Assembly (NCBI GenBank): GCA_038087875.1
Contig: CM075987.1
Coordinates: forward strand, 18,168,001 to 18,232,000
Length of the DNA stretch: 64,000 bases
Direction of reading: 5' to 3'
Origin: Malacoraja senta
Taxonomy: Eukaryota
The notes below the pieces were generated by a model, which saw nothing but the letters and a program-made list of their open reading frames with translations, ran no database searches and was not told the origin of the DNA. Shown here in pieces: positions 11,333-23,542 of the stretch (position 1 is its first letter; each line of letters begins with the position of its first letter). Position numbers and translations under genes: made by a program.

Positions 11333-14300
11333 TAGCCCAGGAACCGTTGGAGCGGTCGCAGAGGGAGGAGCAACGTCCAAGCGGTAGGGTTAAAACCCGA
11401 GCGCAGGGCTTGTTTTTTTTACAGAGGCCCAGGAGCGGTTGGAGCGGTTGCAGAGGGAGGAGTAACGTCCAAGCTGTGAGTTTAAAACCCGATCGCGGGG
11501 CTTTACTTTACAGAGCCGTTGGAGCGGTTGCAGAGGGAGGAGGAACCCAAATCTGTAACGTTCCAACGTTCCATTCGCATTTCAAAACAAGTGGGCTTGA
11601 GGAAGCCGCTGATTGATGGAAGCGGACAAGAGGGAGCAGCCGATTGGAAGTCTGATCCCTGCTGATTTCTTCCAGCAGTTTGTATTGTATTGTATTGCAC
11701 TTTGTATTGTATCCAGGGTAAGGGGGGAGTATGAGGGCCAGGGCAGTTTACTGTTCCGGATGTCAGATGTTGGAGGTCAAGGAATCTGATAGCCTTCCAG
11801 ACGTCCACATTTGCGCCAGGTGCATTGAGATGGGGCTCCTAAGGGACCGTATTACGAACCTGGAGCAGCAGCTCGATGACTGGTCAGGGAGAGCGAGGAA
11901 GTCATAGAGAGGAGTTAGAGAGGAGGTCACTCCAAGACCACAGGAGGCAGGCAAGTGGGTCACGGTTAGGAGGGGCAGAGAGTACCCCGGTGGCTGTACA
12001 CCTTGACAATAAGTACTTCTGTTTGAGTACTGTTCGGGGGGGACAGCCTACCTGGGGGTAGCAATAGCGACCGGGCCTCCGATACAGAGACCGGCCCTGT
12101 TGCTCAGAAGGGTAAGGAAAAGAAGAGGAGGGCAGTAGTAATAGGGGACTCTATAGTTAGGGGGTCAGATAGGCGATTCTGTGGATGCAGTCAGAAGACC
12201 CGGACGGTAGTTTGCCTCCCTGGTGCCAGGGTCTGGGATGTGTCTGAACGTGTCCAAGATATCCGGAAATTGGAGGGAGCGGAGCCCGAGGTCGTGGTAC
12301 ATATAGGTACCAATAACATTGGTAGAAAAAGAGAAGAGGTCCTGAAAGGAGAATTTAGGGAGTTAGGAGGAGAGTTAAGGAGGACCGCAAAGGTAACAAT
12401 CTCAGGAATACTGCCTGTGCCACGCGACAGTGAGAGTAGGAATGGAGCGAGGTGGAGGATAAATGCGTGGATGAAGGACTGGTGCAGAGGGCAGGGATTC
12501 AAGTTTCTGGATCATTGGGACCTCTTTTGTGGAAGGTGTGACCTGTACAAAAAGGACGGGTTGCACTTGAACCCGAGGGGGACCAATATCCTGGCAGGGA
12601 GATTTGCAAAGACTACTGCGGAGACTATAAACTAGAACGGTTGGGGGAGGGACTCAAATAGAGAAAGCTAGTAGACAGTGTGTGAGGCAGGAGGCAGAGA
12701 AGGGAAGCACTCAGACCCAACATGTAGGTGGGAAAGAAGTAAAAAATAATAAACAGAGAATAAGAGGTGGTTGGTTTCTTAAATGTGTGAGCAGAGAGAC
12801 AGAGGGGTGTAAAATGAGGGTAGAAGCAATAGGTAGCAAGGTGAAAAGTAAAACTGGCAGGCAGACAAATCCAGGGCAAAAATCAAAATGGGCCACTTTT
12901 CAACATAATTCTATAACCGGTAAGAGCGTTGTAAAAACAAGCCTGAAGGCTTTGTGTCTCAATGCAAGGAGCATTCGTAATAAGGTGGATGAGTTCAATG
13001 TGCAGATAGCTATTAATGACTATGATATAGTTGGGATCACGGAGACATGGCTCCAGGGTAACCAAGGCTGTGAGCTGAACATCCAGGGATATTCAATATT
13101 CAGGAGGGATAGACTGAAAGGAAAAGGAGGTGGGGGTAGCGTTGCTGGTTAGAGAAGAGATTAACGCAATGGGAAGGAAGGACATTAGCTTCGAGGATGT
13201 GGAATCGATATGGGTAGAGCTGCGAAACACTAAGGGGCACAAAACGCTAGTGGGTGTTGTGTACAGGCCACCTAACAGTAGTGGTGGAGTTGGGGATGGC
13301 ATCAAGGAAATTAGAAATGCATGCAACAAAGGTAAAACAGTTATAATGGGTGAATGAAATTGGCAGGGGTGCTGAGGAAGAGGATTTCTTGGAATGTATG
13401 CGGGCTAGTTTTCTAAACCAACATGTAGAGGAACCAACGAGAGAGCAGGCTATTCTAGACTGGGTATTGAGTAATGAGGGTTAGTTAGCAGTCTTGTTGT
13501 GTGTGGCCCCTTGGGCAAAAGTGACCACAATATGGTTGAGTTCTTCATTAGGATGGAGAGTGACATTGTTAATTCAGAAACAAGGGTCCTGAACTTAAAG
13601 AAAGGTAACTTTGAGGGTATGAGACATGAATTGGCCAAGATTGACTGGCAATTGATTCTTAAAGGGTTGATGGTGGATATGCAATGGAAGGCATTTAAAG
13701 ACTGCATGGATGAACTACAACAATTGTTCATCCCAGTTTGGCAAAAGAATAAATCACGGAAGGTAGTGCATCCGTGGATAACAAGGGAAATCAGGGATAG
13801 AATCAAAACAAAAGAGGAAGCGTACAAATTAGCCAGAAAAAGCAGCCTACCAGAGGACTGGGAGAAATTCAGTACAGCAGAAGAGGACAAAGGGCTTAAT
13901 TAGGAAAGGGAAAATAGATTATGAAAAAAACTGGAAGGGAACATAAAAACTGACTGCAAAAGTTTTTATAGATATGTGAAGAGAAAGAGATTAGTTAAAA
14001 CAAATGTAGGTCCCTTGCAGTCAGAAACAGCTGAATTGATCATGGGGAACAAGGACATGGCAGACCAATTGAATAACTACTTTGGTTCTGTCTTCACTAC
14101 GGAAGACATAAATAATCTGCCGGAAATAGCAGGGGACCGCGGGTCAAATGAGATGCAGGAACTGAGTGAAATCCAGGTTAGCCGGGAAGTGGTGTTAGGT
14201 AAATTTAATGGATTAAAGGCCGATCAATCCCCAGGGCCAGATAGGCTGCATCCCAGAGTACTTAAGGAAGTAGCCCCAGAAATAGTGGATGCATTAGTGA

Positions 14301-15797
14301 TAATTTTTCAAAACTCCTTACATTCTGGAGTAGTTCCTGAGGATTGGAGAGTAGCTAATGTAACCCCACTTTTTAAAAAGGGAGGGAGAGAGAAAACGGG
14401 GAATTACAGACCAGTTAGTCTAGCATCGGTAGTGGGGGAAACTGCTAGTCAGTTATTAAAGATGGGATGGCAGCACATTTGGAAAGTGGTGAAATCATTG
14501 GACAAAGTCAGCATGGATTTACGAAAGGTAAATCATGTCTGACGAATCTTATAGAATTTTTCAAGGATGTAACTAGTAGAGTGGATAAGGGAGAACCAGT
14601 GGATGTGTTATACCTGGACATTCAGAAGGCTTTCGACAAGATCCCACACAAGAGATTAGTATACAAACTTAAAGCCCACGGTATTGACGGTTCAGTATTG
14701 ATGTGGATAGAGAACTGGCTGGCAAACAGGAAGCAAAAAGTAGGAGTAAACGGGTCCTTTTCAGAATGGCAGGCAGCGACTAGTGGGGTACCGCAAGGCT
14801 CAGTGCTGGGACACCAGCTATTTACAATATATATTAATGATTTGGACGAGGGAATTGAATGCAACATCTCCAAGTTTGCGGATGACACGAAGCTGGGGGG
14901 GCAGTGTTAGCTGTGTGGAGGATGCTAGGAGGCTGCAAGGTGACTTGGATAGGCTGGGTGAGTGGGCAAATGCATGGCAGATGCAGTATAATGTGGATCA
15001 ATGTGAGGTTATCCACTTTGGTGGCAAAAACAGGAATTAGACTATTATCTAAATGGTGGCTGATTAGGAAAAGGGGAGATGCAGCGAGACCTGGGTGTCA
15101 TGGTACACCAGTCATTGAAAGTAGGCATGCAGGTGCAGCAGGCAGTGAAGAAAGCAATTGGTATGTTATCATTCATAGCAAAAGGATTTGAGTATAGGAG
15201 CAGGGAGGTTCTACTGCAGTTGTACAGGGTCTTGGTGAGACCACACCTGGAGTATTGCGTACAGTTTTGGTCTGAAGAAAGACATTCTTGCCATAGAGGG
15301 AGTACAGAGAAGGTTCACCAGGCTGATTCCTGGGATGTCAGGACTTTCATATGAAGAAAGACTGGATAGACTCGGCTTGTACTCGCTAGAATTTAGAAGA
15401 TTGATGGGGGATCTTATAGAAACTTACAAAATTCTTAAGGGGTTGGACAGGCTAGATGCAGGAAGATTGTTCCCGATGTTGGGGAAGTCCAGGACAAGGG
15501 GTCACAGTTTAAGGATAAGGGGGAAATCTTTTAGGACCAAGATGAGAAAAACATTTTTCACACAGAGAGTGGTGAATCTGTGGAATTCTCTGCCACAGAA
15601 GGTAGTTGAGGCCAGTTCATTGGCTATATTTAAGAGGGAGTTAGATGTGGCCCTTGTGGCTAAAGCGATCAGGGGGTATGGAGAGAAGGCAGGTACAGGA
15701 TACTGAGTTGGATGATCAGCCATGATCATATTGAATGGCGGTGCAGGCTCGAAGGGCCGAATGGCCTACTCCTGCACCTATTTTCTATGTTTCTATG
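11333..15797 (+). mobile_element. Near full-length, degenerate CR1 LINE (HER1-like)
   Basis: 5' UTR with three tandem units; ORF1 with Cys motif and SGNH esterase (IGDSIVR, VVVHIGTNN, DGLHLN); frameshifted ORF2 APE+RT ([28 protein letters not shown]); (TTTCTATG)n tail. Confidence 0.93.
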
Positions 15798-15899
15798 CTT
15801 GAGTCATTCGTAACTGTCACTGTATGTCATATTGTTACTTGTGGGTGGAGCACCAAGGCAAATTCCTTGTATGTGAATACTTGGCCAATAAACTTATTT

Positions 15900-17430
15900 A
15901 AAGAAAGCAGACAGCAACAAAATTATTATAGGTAAACCAAAGCAATCTTTCAATCAATTTGTCAGACGGGAGTGGCGAGATCTACAAAGAGCACACACGT
16001 TGCTCAGTGCTTCTCAGCCTCCACTCAATAAACAAAGGAAGGTTAGTGTAATACTTGTTCTTATCAATAAAACACAACCTAAATCTGAGTGAAAAATCTG
16101 TAGCCAAATGAAAAGGGAGGCTGGACCCATATATTTGCAATGTCAGCCTTATTCTCAAATCTTGGCACAGCTTCTGTACAGTTGCCCATTTTGGAAGGTC
16201 AACTAACTCCATTTTGTTTTCAAATGACTTCCATCTTGGTTCCAGAATGGGCATCCGTCTGTGAACTAAAACACGCTTGTAAGACTTGGATGAAAGCCAC
16301 TACCTTGTCCTTAGCTGGGGCAGGCAGTTCAGACAGATATCTAATATGGTGCTGTGCCCAGACAATACATCTCTATGTTAATACATTGTTTCAATGATTA
16401 GTATAAACCAAGCTTGTAAGATTTTCCCAGACTTTATTCTGCTGGGAAAATTCTCTTTTAAATTTGACTGCTTTCTGTTTTTCAGCAAATCTCCATTTTA
16501 ATTTACGAACCAAACATGACCAAATTAAACTCTTTCACAGTGAGGTCAGGATAATCTTGCATTATTTGTTACGTAAGACACAAATGCGTCAAAACTTTCT
16601 TTAAAAAAACACTTTAAAATGCCTTTACGTTTTGGGCCAGTGGCAGCCAGCTGGTACTGTGAGCAATCGGCTGTGTGCAGCTTGGCTCACTATTGCATTT
16701 TCACTTGGGTACAGTATGAATGAGAAGATGCTGGTACTGTTCATTGTCTGATCCTCGACAGGGGCAAGGAGGGCTTATAGAAGGAACACTTCTCCATCCA
16801 TTTTCCACCACGGATGGCTGACCTGCTGAGTTCTACCGGCACTTTGGAGGGGATAGGACGGGCGACGTGTCGGGTCTGGACACTGCTGTTCCTCCATCTT
16901 GCGCGTCACCTTGTCAAAGTTTGTCTCTTAAAAAGCAGATAGCAACAAAATTGTTAAAGGTAAACCATGGCAATCTTTAATTGATTCGTCAGACGGGAGT
17001 GGCAAGATCTACAATGAGCACAAACGTTGCTCAGTACTTCTCGGGCTCCACTCTCGGAACAAAGGAAAGTTAGCACAATTATACACTTTTCTTAACAGTA
17101 AAACCCTCCTACCGAGTATGAATATGGCACGACTGTAAGCTTCTATAGCCTTTCAGAATATAGGAAAAGCAGGGCCTAAACAAGCTCATCCAATAACAAG
17201 TTATTACATATCTCTGGAGCGTCAGCTATTTTTTTCAATCTTGGCTTCTGTATGGCCTTGAAAGAAGCACGTTATTATGTAGGCTTCCATCTAATGTCTT
17301 TATTAAAAAGACAACCTGTCCTCCATATTATGTTCCATATAATTTGCAAAGTCATTCAGACTTGCACCGAGCCATTCTTTTGTTCTACTAGACAATGCTT
17401 TTGTAGAGAACGACTCCATTTTAGATTTGA
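15900..17430 (-). pseudogene. Possible degenerate TIR-domain-like coding relic (also ~23800-24310, 52600-53026, 54659-54835)
   Basis: Short minus-strand motifs SFDAFVSY (behind an AG acceptor), RLCFIDK/KLCLLNKDI, KAIEAYSRAIFIL and LFIEW; many stops and frameshifts. Confidence 0.35.
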
Positions 17431-17439
17431 CTATTAGCT

Positions 17440-17585
17440 CTTTCAACCTCACTCTGGCAATGGAGGCGGCCCAGGACAAAAAGATCAGTGTGGGAGTGGG
17501 AAGGGAGTTTAAATGGTTGACAACCGGGAGATCTAGCAGGCCTTGGCAGACTGAGTGCAAGTGTAGTGTGAAATGCACGCCTAGT
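17440..17585 (-). mobile_element. Penelope endonuclease fragment (duplicate at ~24325-24470)
   Basis: Minus strand RLGVHFTLHLHSVCQGLLDLPVVNHLNS resembles RLGDRFAEHLRSV...DLPVAQHFNS at 7910-8476. Confidence 0.7.
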
Positions 17586-17599
17586 CTAGATACAAGAAG

Positions 17600-18697
17600 A
17601 CTGCGTGTGTGAGAAAGAGCTTTAGTGAGAGAGCATGTAAGAGTGTGTGTGAGAGAGTGTGTGAGTGAGAGTATGTGTGTGAGAGTATGTGTGAGAGAGT
17701 GCGTGTGTGAGTGTGTGAGTGTGTGAGAGAGTGCGTGTGTGAGAGAGCGTGTGTGAGAGAGTGCGTGTGTGAGTGCGTGTGAGAGAGTGCGTGTGTGAGT
17801 GCGTGTGTGAGAGTGCGTGTATGAGAGTACGTGTGTGAGAGTGCGTGTGAGAGAGTGCGTGTGTGAGCGAGTGCGTGTGTGAGAGTGCGTGTGTGAGAGC
17901 AAGAGAGAGAGGGAGTGTGTGAGAGAGAGGGACTGTGTCTGTGTGTGTGTGTGAGGGGGAGGGGGGGAGGTGGGGGGGTGGGGGGGGAGGGGGGGTGTGG
18001 CGGAGAGAGAGGACTGTGTGTGTGTGTTGTGGGTGAGAGTGGAGAGAGAGAGAGAGAGGGAGTGTTTGGTGTGTGTGAGAGAGGGGACTGGCATGTGCGA
18101 GAGAGCGGGGAGTGTTTGTGAGAGAGAGCAAGAGAGAGGGGAGTGTGTGTGGAGAGAGAGAGAGAGCGGGTGTGTGTGGAGAGAGGGAATGTGTGAGAGA
18201 GAGCAAGAGAAGAGAGGGAGTATGAGTGAGAGAGGGAATGTGTTGAAAGACAGCAAGAGAGAGTAAGAGGGAGTGTGGTGAGGTAGTTGTGTGAGAGAGA
18301 GGCTAGAGAGAGAGGATGTGTGCGTGAGAGCAAGAGAGGTTGTGTGAGACAGCAAGAGGGCTGCGTGTGTGAGAGTGTGTATGAGATAGAAAGAGGATGT
18401 GTGTGTGAGAGAGAACAAGAGAGAGAACAAGAGAGAGAGGGAGTGTGTGTGTGAGAGGGGGGTGGGGGAGAGGGACGGAGGAGATGTGGGGAAGGAGAAG
18501 CTATCTATTTCTGAGTGGGGGAGGCACCGAGGGAAGGGGTGTCAAGGGTGTGTGTGAGAGACAGCAAACGAGAGAGGGGACTGTGTGAGAGAGAGGGAGC
18601 GAGAGAGGGAGTGTGTGAGACAGAGGGGACACAGAGGGGTGGAGTGGAGAGAATTTGTGTATGAGTGGGGGGGAGAGAGTGTTGAGAGGGAGAGAGG
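17600..18697. repeat. Compound (GT)n/(GA)n microsatellite mosaic (duplicate ~24485-25520; diverged ~54838-55090)
   Basis: Read directly. Confidence 0.9.
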
Positions 18698-19321
18698 ACA
18701 TGTATATGTGCAGCTTTAAGGGATATTGGTCAGGTAAGCATTTGGAGTATTGCATACAGTTCTGGTCACTCCATTACAGGACTGATGTGGAGGCTTTGGG
18801 GAAGGTGCAGAGATGGTTAAACAGGATGTTTAAAAACAAGGAACTGCAGATGCTGGTTTACAAAAAAGAACACAAAATGCGGGAGAAACTCAGCGGACAG
18901 GCAGCATCTCTGGAGAGAAGGAATTGGTGACATTTCGGGTCGAGACTGAAGAAGGGTCATGATACGAAACGTTACCCATCTTCCTCCCCCTCTGCCCCAG
19001 CATTTTGTGTCTACATAAACAGTGCCTATCCACGTGGCGGTGTGCCAGCAGGCCGGAGGAGCGGGCAAAGGCCTTGCCATAGAGTGGGCAGGTGAAGGGG
19101 CGCTGGCTGGTGTGGACTCGCCGGTGCACCAGCAGGTGGTCAAGGTGGGTGAAGCCCTTACCACAGGACGTGCAGGGGAAGGGACGCTCACCGCTGTGGG
19201 TACGCCGGTGCTGGCCACAGGCTGGTCATGCAGGTGAAACACTTGCCACACTCTGCGCACACAAAGGGTCTCTCTCCTGTGTGTATCCGCTGGTACTTCC
19301 AGCAGCCCCCGTGCATTCTTG

Positions 19322-20473
19322 TCACAGTGGGAGCAGTTGCTCGCCGGCATGGGTCCGCCGGTGTAGCCCGCAACCCCCCGCGAGCTGTCAAACTCCTCAC
19401 CGCAATGCGGACAGTCGTAGGGCTGGCCACTGGTGTGCACGCACTGGTGAGACAGGGCCTTGGGAGGCCATGGTAAAGCGCTCTCCAGACACTGGGCTGG
19501 GAAGGGATGGTCGCTGGCGTGGCACCCGCTGGTGGTACAGCAGCTTGGTGGAGCAGGTGAAGCCCTTGCCACACTTGGTGCAGGTGTAGGGACGCTCGCC
19601 GGTGTGGGTGCCGCTGGTGCTCCAGCAGGGTGATGGACTGGGTGAAGCCCTTGCCCGCACTGGGTGCAGGTGTAGGGACGCTCCGCCGGTGTGGGTGCGC
19701 TGATGCACCAGCAGGTTGCTGGACTGGGTGAAGCCCTTGCCGCACTGGGCGCAGGTGTAGGGGCGCTCGCCGTTGTGGGTGCGCTGGTGCTTCAGCAGGT
19801 TGCTGGAGTGGGTGAAGCCCTTGCCGCACTGGGCGCAGGTGTAGGGGCGCTCGCCTGTGTGGGTACGCTGGTGGAACAGCAGGTGAGTGGACTGGGTGAA
19901 GCCCTTGCCGCACTGGATGCAGGTGATAGGGACGCTCGCTGGTGTGGGTGCGCTGGTGCACCAGCAGGTTGCTGGAATGGGTGAAGCCCTTGCCGCATTC
20001 GCGGCAGGTGTAGGGCCGCTCGCTGGAGTGGGTGCGCTGGTGCTCCAGCAGGTTGCTGGAGCGGATGAAGCCCTTGCCGCAGTCGCTGCAGGTGTAGGGA
20101 CGCTCCCCGGTGTGCAGGCGCCTATGCTGCTTCAGGTGTGTGGACAACTTGAAGTCTTTGCCGCAGTCGGAGCAGGTGAAGGGCCGCTCACTGCTGTGCA
20201 CCCGCCGGTGATCCTTGCAGCCCCGACAACCGGGCAAAGCTCTTGCCGCAGGTGGACCAGCCATAGGGCTTCTCACCCGTGTGCACCCCGCCGGTGTCTC
20301 TTCAGGTCATACGCCCTCGTAAAGTCCTTGTCGCAGTCGGAGCAGTCGAAGGGGTCGTTCTCCCCGTGTGAACCCGCCGGTGGATCTCCAGCTGGCTAGG
20401 CTTCTGCCAGGCCTTGCCACACACGTCACACTCATAACGTTTCTCCTTGTTGTGCCCCAATGTGGTCCTCCAT
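19322..20473 (-). CDS. C2H2 zinc-finger gene copy A (about 13 fingers, no KRAB seen); frameshifted as assembled
   Basis: Repeated CxxC...HxxxH with TGERPY/F linkers. Acceptor CCCCTCCTGCAG ends at 20597; start MEDH at 20473; stop after GEQLLPL. Its indels differ in position from those of copy B. Confidence 0.8.
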
Positions 20474-20695
20474 CGAGGCTCAGCCCCTCCAAGCTCAGCT
20501 GCAGATGGGGGGGGGGGGGGGCTCGCCGGCACCCTGGCCGCCCTCAATGGCTGTTCACGTCCCCGTGTCTCCGTCCACAGCCACGGCTACTAGACCCTGC
20601 AGGAGGGGAACACAGAGGGTCAACAAGCTGGCAAACAGGACATTACTAGAACATATTGGGTGTGTTTATGGCGGAGGAAACCGTTATATAATTCT

Positions 20696-20971
20696 GCGCG
20701 GCACAGTGGCACAGTTGCTGCCTCACCGCAAGAGACACTGGCTCGATCCTGACCGCTGTCTGCGTGGCGTTTGTACGTTCTCTTCTTGGTCTGCGTGGGT
20801 TTTTACTCCGGATGCTCCAGTTTCCTCTCCAACATTTCAAAGACGTTCAGTGTTGTAGATTAATCGGCCACCGCAAAATTGATAAATTGTCTCTAATGTG
20901 CGTCAGATAGTGCTGGTCAACGGGGTGACCACTGGTCGTCGCGGACCGAAAGGTGCATCTCTAAACTAAAC
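20696..20971 (+). mobile_element. tRNA-derived V-SINE (HE1-like); duplicate at 27501-27778
   Basis: V-domain-like core GTTTGTACGTTCTC...TGCGTGGGTTT...CCGGATGCTCCAGTTTCCTC and (CTAAA)n tail. Confidence 0.8.
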
Positions 20972-21055
20972 CAAGGAAGGGTTTCGACAATAAATGTCCC
21001 CCATTCCTTCTCTCCACAGATGCTGCCTGTCCTGCTGAATTACTCCAGCACTTTG

Positions 21056-21912
21056 TAGGCTGGGTGAGTGGGAAAATGTTTGGCAGATGCTGTATAATTG
21101 TGGAAAAATGTGAGGTTATCCACTTTGGTGGCAAAAACAGGAAAGCAGACTATTATCTAAATGGTGGCCGATTAGGAAAACGGGGAGATGCAGCGAGACC
21201 TTGGTGTCATGGTACACCAGTGATTGAAAGTAGGCATGCAGGTGCAGCAGGCAGTGAAGAAAGCGAATGGTATGTTAGCTTTCATAGCAAAAGGATTTGA
21301 GTATAGGAGCAGGAGGTTCTACTGCAGTTGTACAGGGTCTTGTGAGACCACACCTGGAGTATTGCGTACAGTTTGGTCTCCAAATCTGAGGAAGGACATT
21401 ATAGCCATAGAGGGAGTGCAGAGAAGGTTCACCAGACTGATTCCTGGGATGTCAGGACTTTCATATGAAGAAAGATTGGATAGACTCGGCTTATACTCGC
21501 TAGAATTTAGGAGATTGAGAGGGGATCTTATAGAAACTTACAAAATTCTTATGGGGTTGGACAGGCTAGATGCAGGAAGATTGTTCCCGATGTTGGGGAA
21601 GTCCAGGACAAGGGGTCACAGTTTAAGGATAAAGGGGAAATCCTTTAAGACCGAGATGAGAAAAAACGTTTTCACACAGAGAGTGGTGAATCACTGGAAC
21701 TCTCTGCCACAGAGGGTAGTTGAGGCCAGTTAATTGGCTATATTTAAGAGGGAGTTAGATGTGGCCGTTGTGGCTAAAGGGATCAGGGGGTATGAGAGAA
21801 GGCAAGTATGGGATACTGAGTTGGATGATCAGCCATGATCATATTGAATGGCGGTGCAGGCTCGAAGGGCCGAATGGCCTACTCCTCCACCTATTTTCTA
21901 TGTATCTATGTA
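21056..21912 (+). mobile_element. 5'-truncated CR1 3' end (duplicate ~27865-28722)
   Basis: RT C-terminus (RRLRGDLIETYK, RTRGH) and 3' tail. Confidence 0.9.
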
Positions 21913-22177
21913 TCTATCTTCTCCACAGATGCTGCCTGTCCTGCTGAATTACTCCAGCACTTTGTGTCTATCTTCTCCACAGATGCTGCCTGACCCGCTG
22001 AGTTACTCCAGCACTTTGTGTCTACATCACAGATGCTGCCTGTCCCGTTAATTACTCCAGCACTTTGTGTCTATCTTCTCCACAGATGCTGCCTGACCCG
22101 CTGAGTTACATCAGCACTTTTTGTGTCTATCTTCTCCGCAGATGCTGCCTGACCTGCTGAGTTACTCCAGCACTTTC
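21913..22177 (+). repeat. About 5 tandem ~54-bp units derived from the Penelope pLTR (also ~28722-28986, ~57000-57150)
   Basis: Unit CACAGATGCTGCCTG.CC.GCTGA.TTACTCCAGCACTTTGTGTCTATC resembles the reverse complement of pLTR 7700-7745. Confidence 0.8.
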
Positions 22178-23342
22178 TCATAGAGATACAGTGTGGGAAA
22201 AAGGCCCTTTGGCCCAACTTGCCCACACTGTCCAAAATGTCCCAGCTACACTAGTCCCACCTGTCTGCGCTTGGCCCATATCCCTCCAAACCTGTCCAAT
22301 CCACGTACCCATCTAACTGTTTATTAACATTGGGATAGTCTCAGCCTCAACTACCTCATCTGGCAGCTCGTTTCATACACCTTTATTGTGTGAAAAAGTT
22401 ACCCCTCAGGTTCCCCTTCACCTTGAACCCATGTCCTCTGGTCATCGATTCCCCACTCTGGCGCAAGAGACTCTGTGCGTCTACCCGATCTATTCCCTCA
22501 AGAATTTATAAGTTCTCCATAAGATCACCCCTCATCCTCCTGTGCTCCAAAAAAATAAGGGCCCAGCCTACTCTGATATAGTAGTGGCCAGAGGATCTGG
22601 GGTGACGGAGGAACTGAAGGAAATCCACATTAGGCAGGAAATGGTGTTGGATGAACTGATGGGACTGAAGGCTGATAAATCCCCAGGGCCTGATGGTCTG
22701 CATCCCAGGGTACTTAAGGAAGGGCTCTAGAAATCGTGGATGCATTGGTGATAATTTTCCAATGTTCTATTGACTCAGGATCAGTTCCTGTGCATTGGAG
22801 AGTAGCTAATGTTATCCCACTTTTTAAGAAAGGCGGAGAGAAAAAACAGGGAATTATAGAAGTTAGCTTGACATCGGTGGTGGGGAAGATGCAGGAGTCA
22901 ATTATAAAAGATGAAATAGGTGAACATTTGGATAGCAGTAACAGGATCGGTCTCAGCATGGATTTACGAAGGGGGAATCATGCTTGACTAATCTTCTGGA
23001 ATTTTTGAAGATGTAACTAGGAAAATGGACAGGGAGAGCCAGTGGATGTAGTGTACCTGGACTTTCAGAAAGCATTTGATAAGGTATAGAGACCGGTCCT
23101 GTTGCTCAGAAGGGTAAGGAAAAGAAGAGGAGGGCAATATTAATAGGGGACTCTATAGTTAGGGGTCAGACAGGCGATTCTGTGGACGCCAGTCGGAGAC
23201 CCGGATGGTAGTTTGCCTCCCTGGTGCCAGGGTCTGTGATGTGTCCCAACGTGTCCAAGACATCCTGAAAGGGCAGGAGAGAGAGCCCGAGGTCGTGATA
23301 CATGTAGGTACCAATGACATAGGTAAAAAAAGAGAAGAGGTC

Positions 23343-23542
23343 NNNNNNNNNNNNNNNNNNNNNNNNNNNNNNNNNNNNNNNNNNNNNNNNNNNNNNNNNN
23401 NNNNNNNNNNNNNNNNNNNNNNNNNNNNNNNNNNNNNNNNNNNNNNNNNNNNNNNNNNNNNNNNNNNNNNNNNNNNNNNNNNNNNNNNNNNNNNNNNNNN
23501 NNNNNNNNNNNNNNNNNNNNNNNNNNNNNNNNNNNNNNNNNN
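23343..23542. other. Assembly gap (200 N)
   Basis: Run of N. Confidence 1.

Larger units (their letters stand above)
6325..15899 (+). mobile_element. Rex1/Babar-type LINE 3' part, split into 6325-6930, 10969-11330 and 15799-15899
   Basis: RT motifs GAPQ, KFADDTTLIGLI, KTVELIVDFRR, AIVESVLTFSI. The frame resumes after the LTR element as WFGSATK...DPSHPGHKLF...SGR. The 3' UTR matches a second copy at ~39350-39533 plus 40056-40140. Confidence 0.85.

Noticed and set aside
17303..18430. His/Thr/Leu/Ser-rich ORFs (also 24269-25365, 4490-5587, 57048-57612)
   Set aside because: Microsatellite or low-complexity translations.
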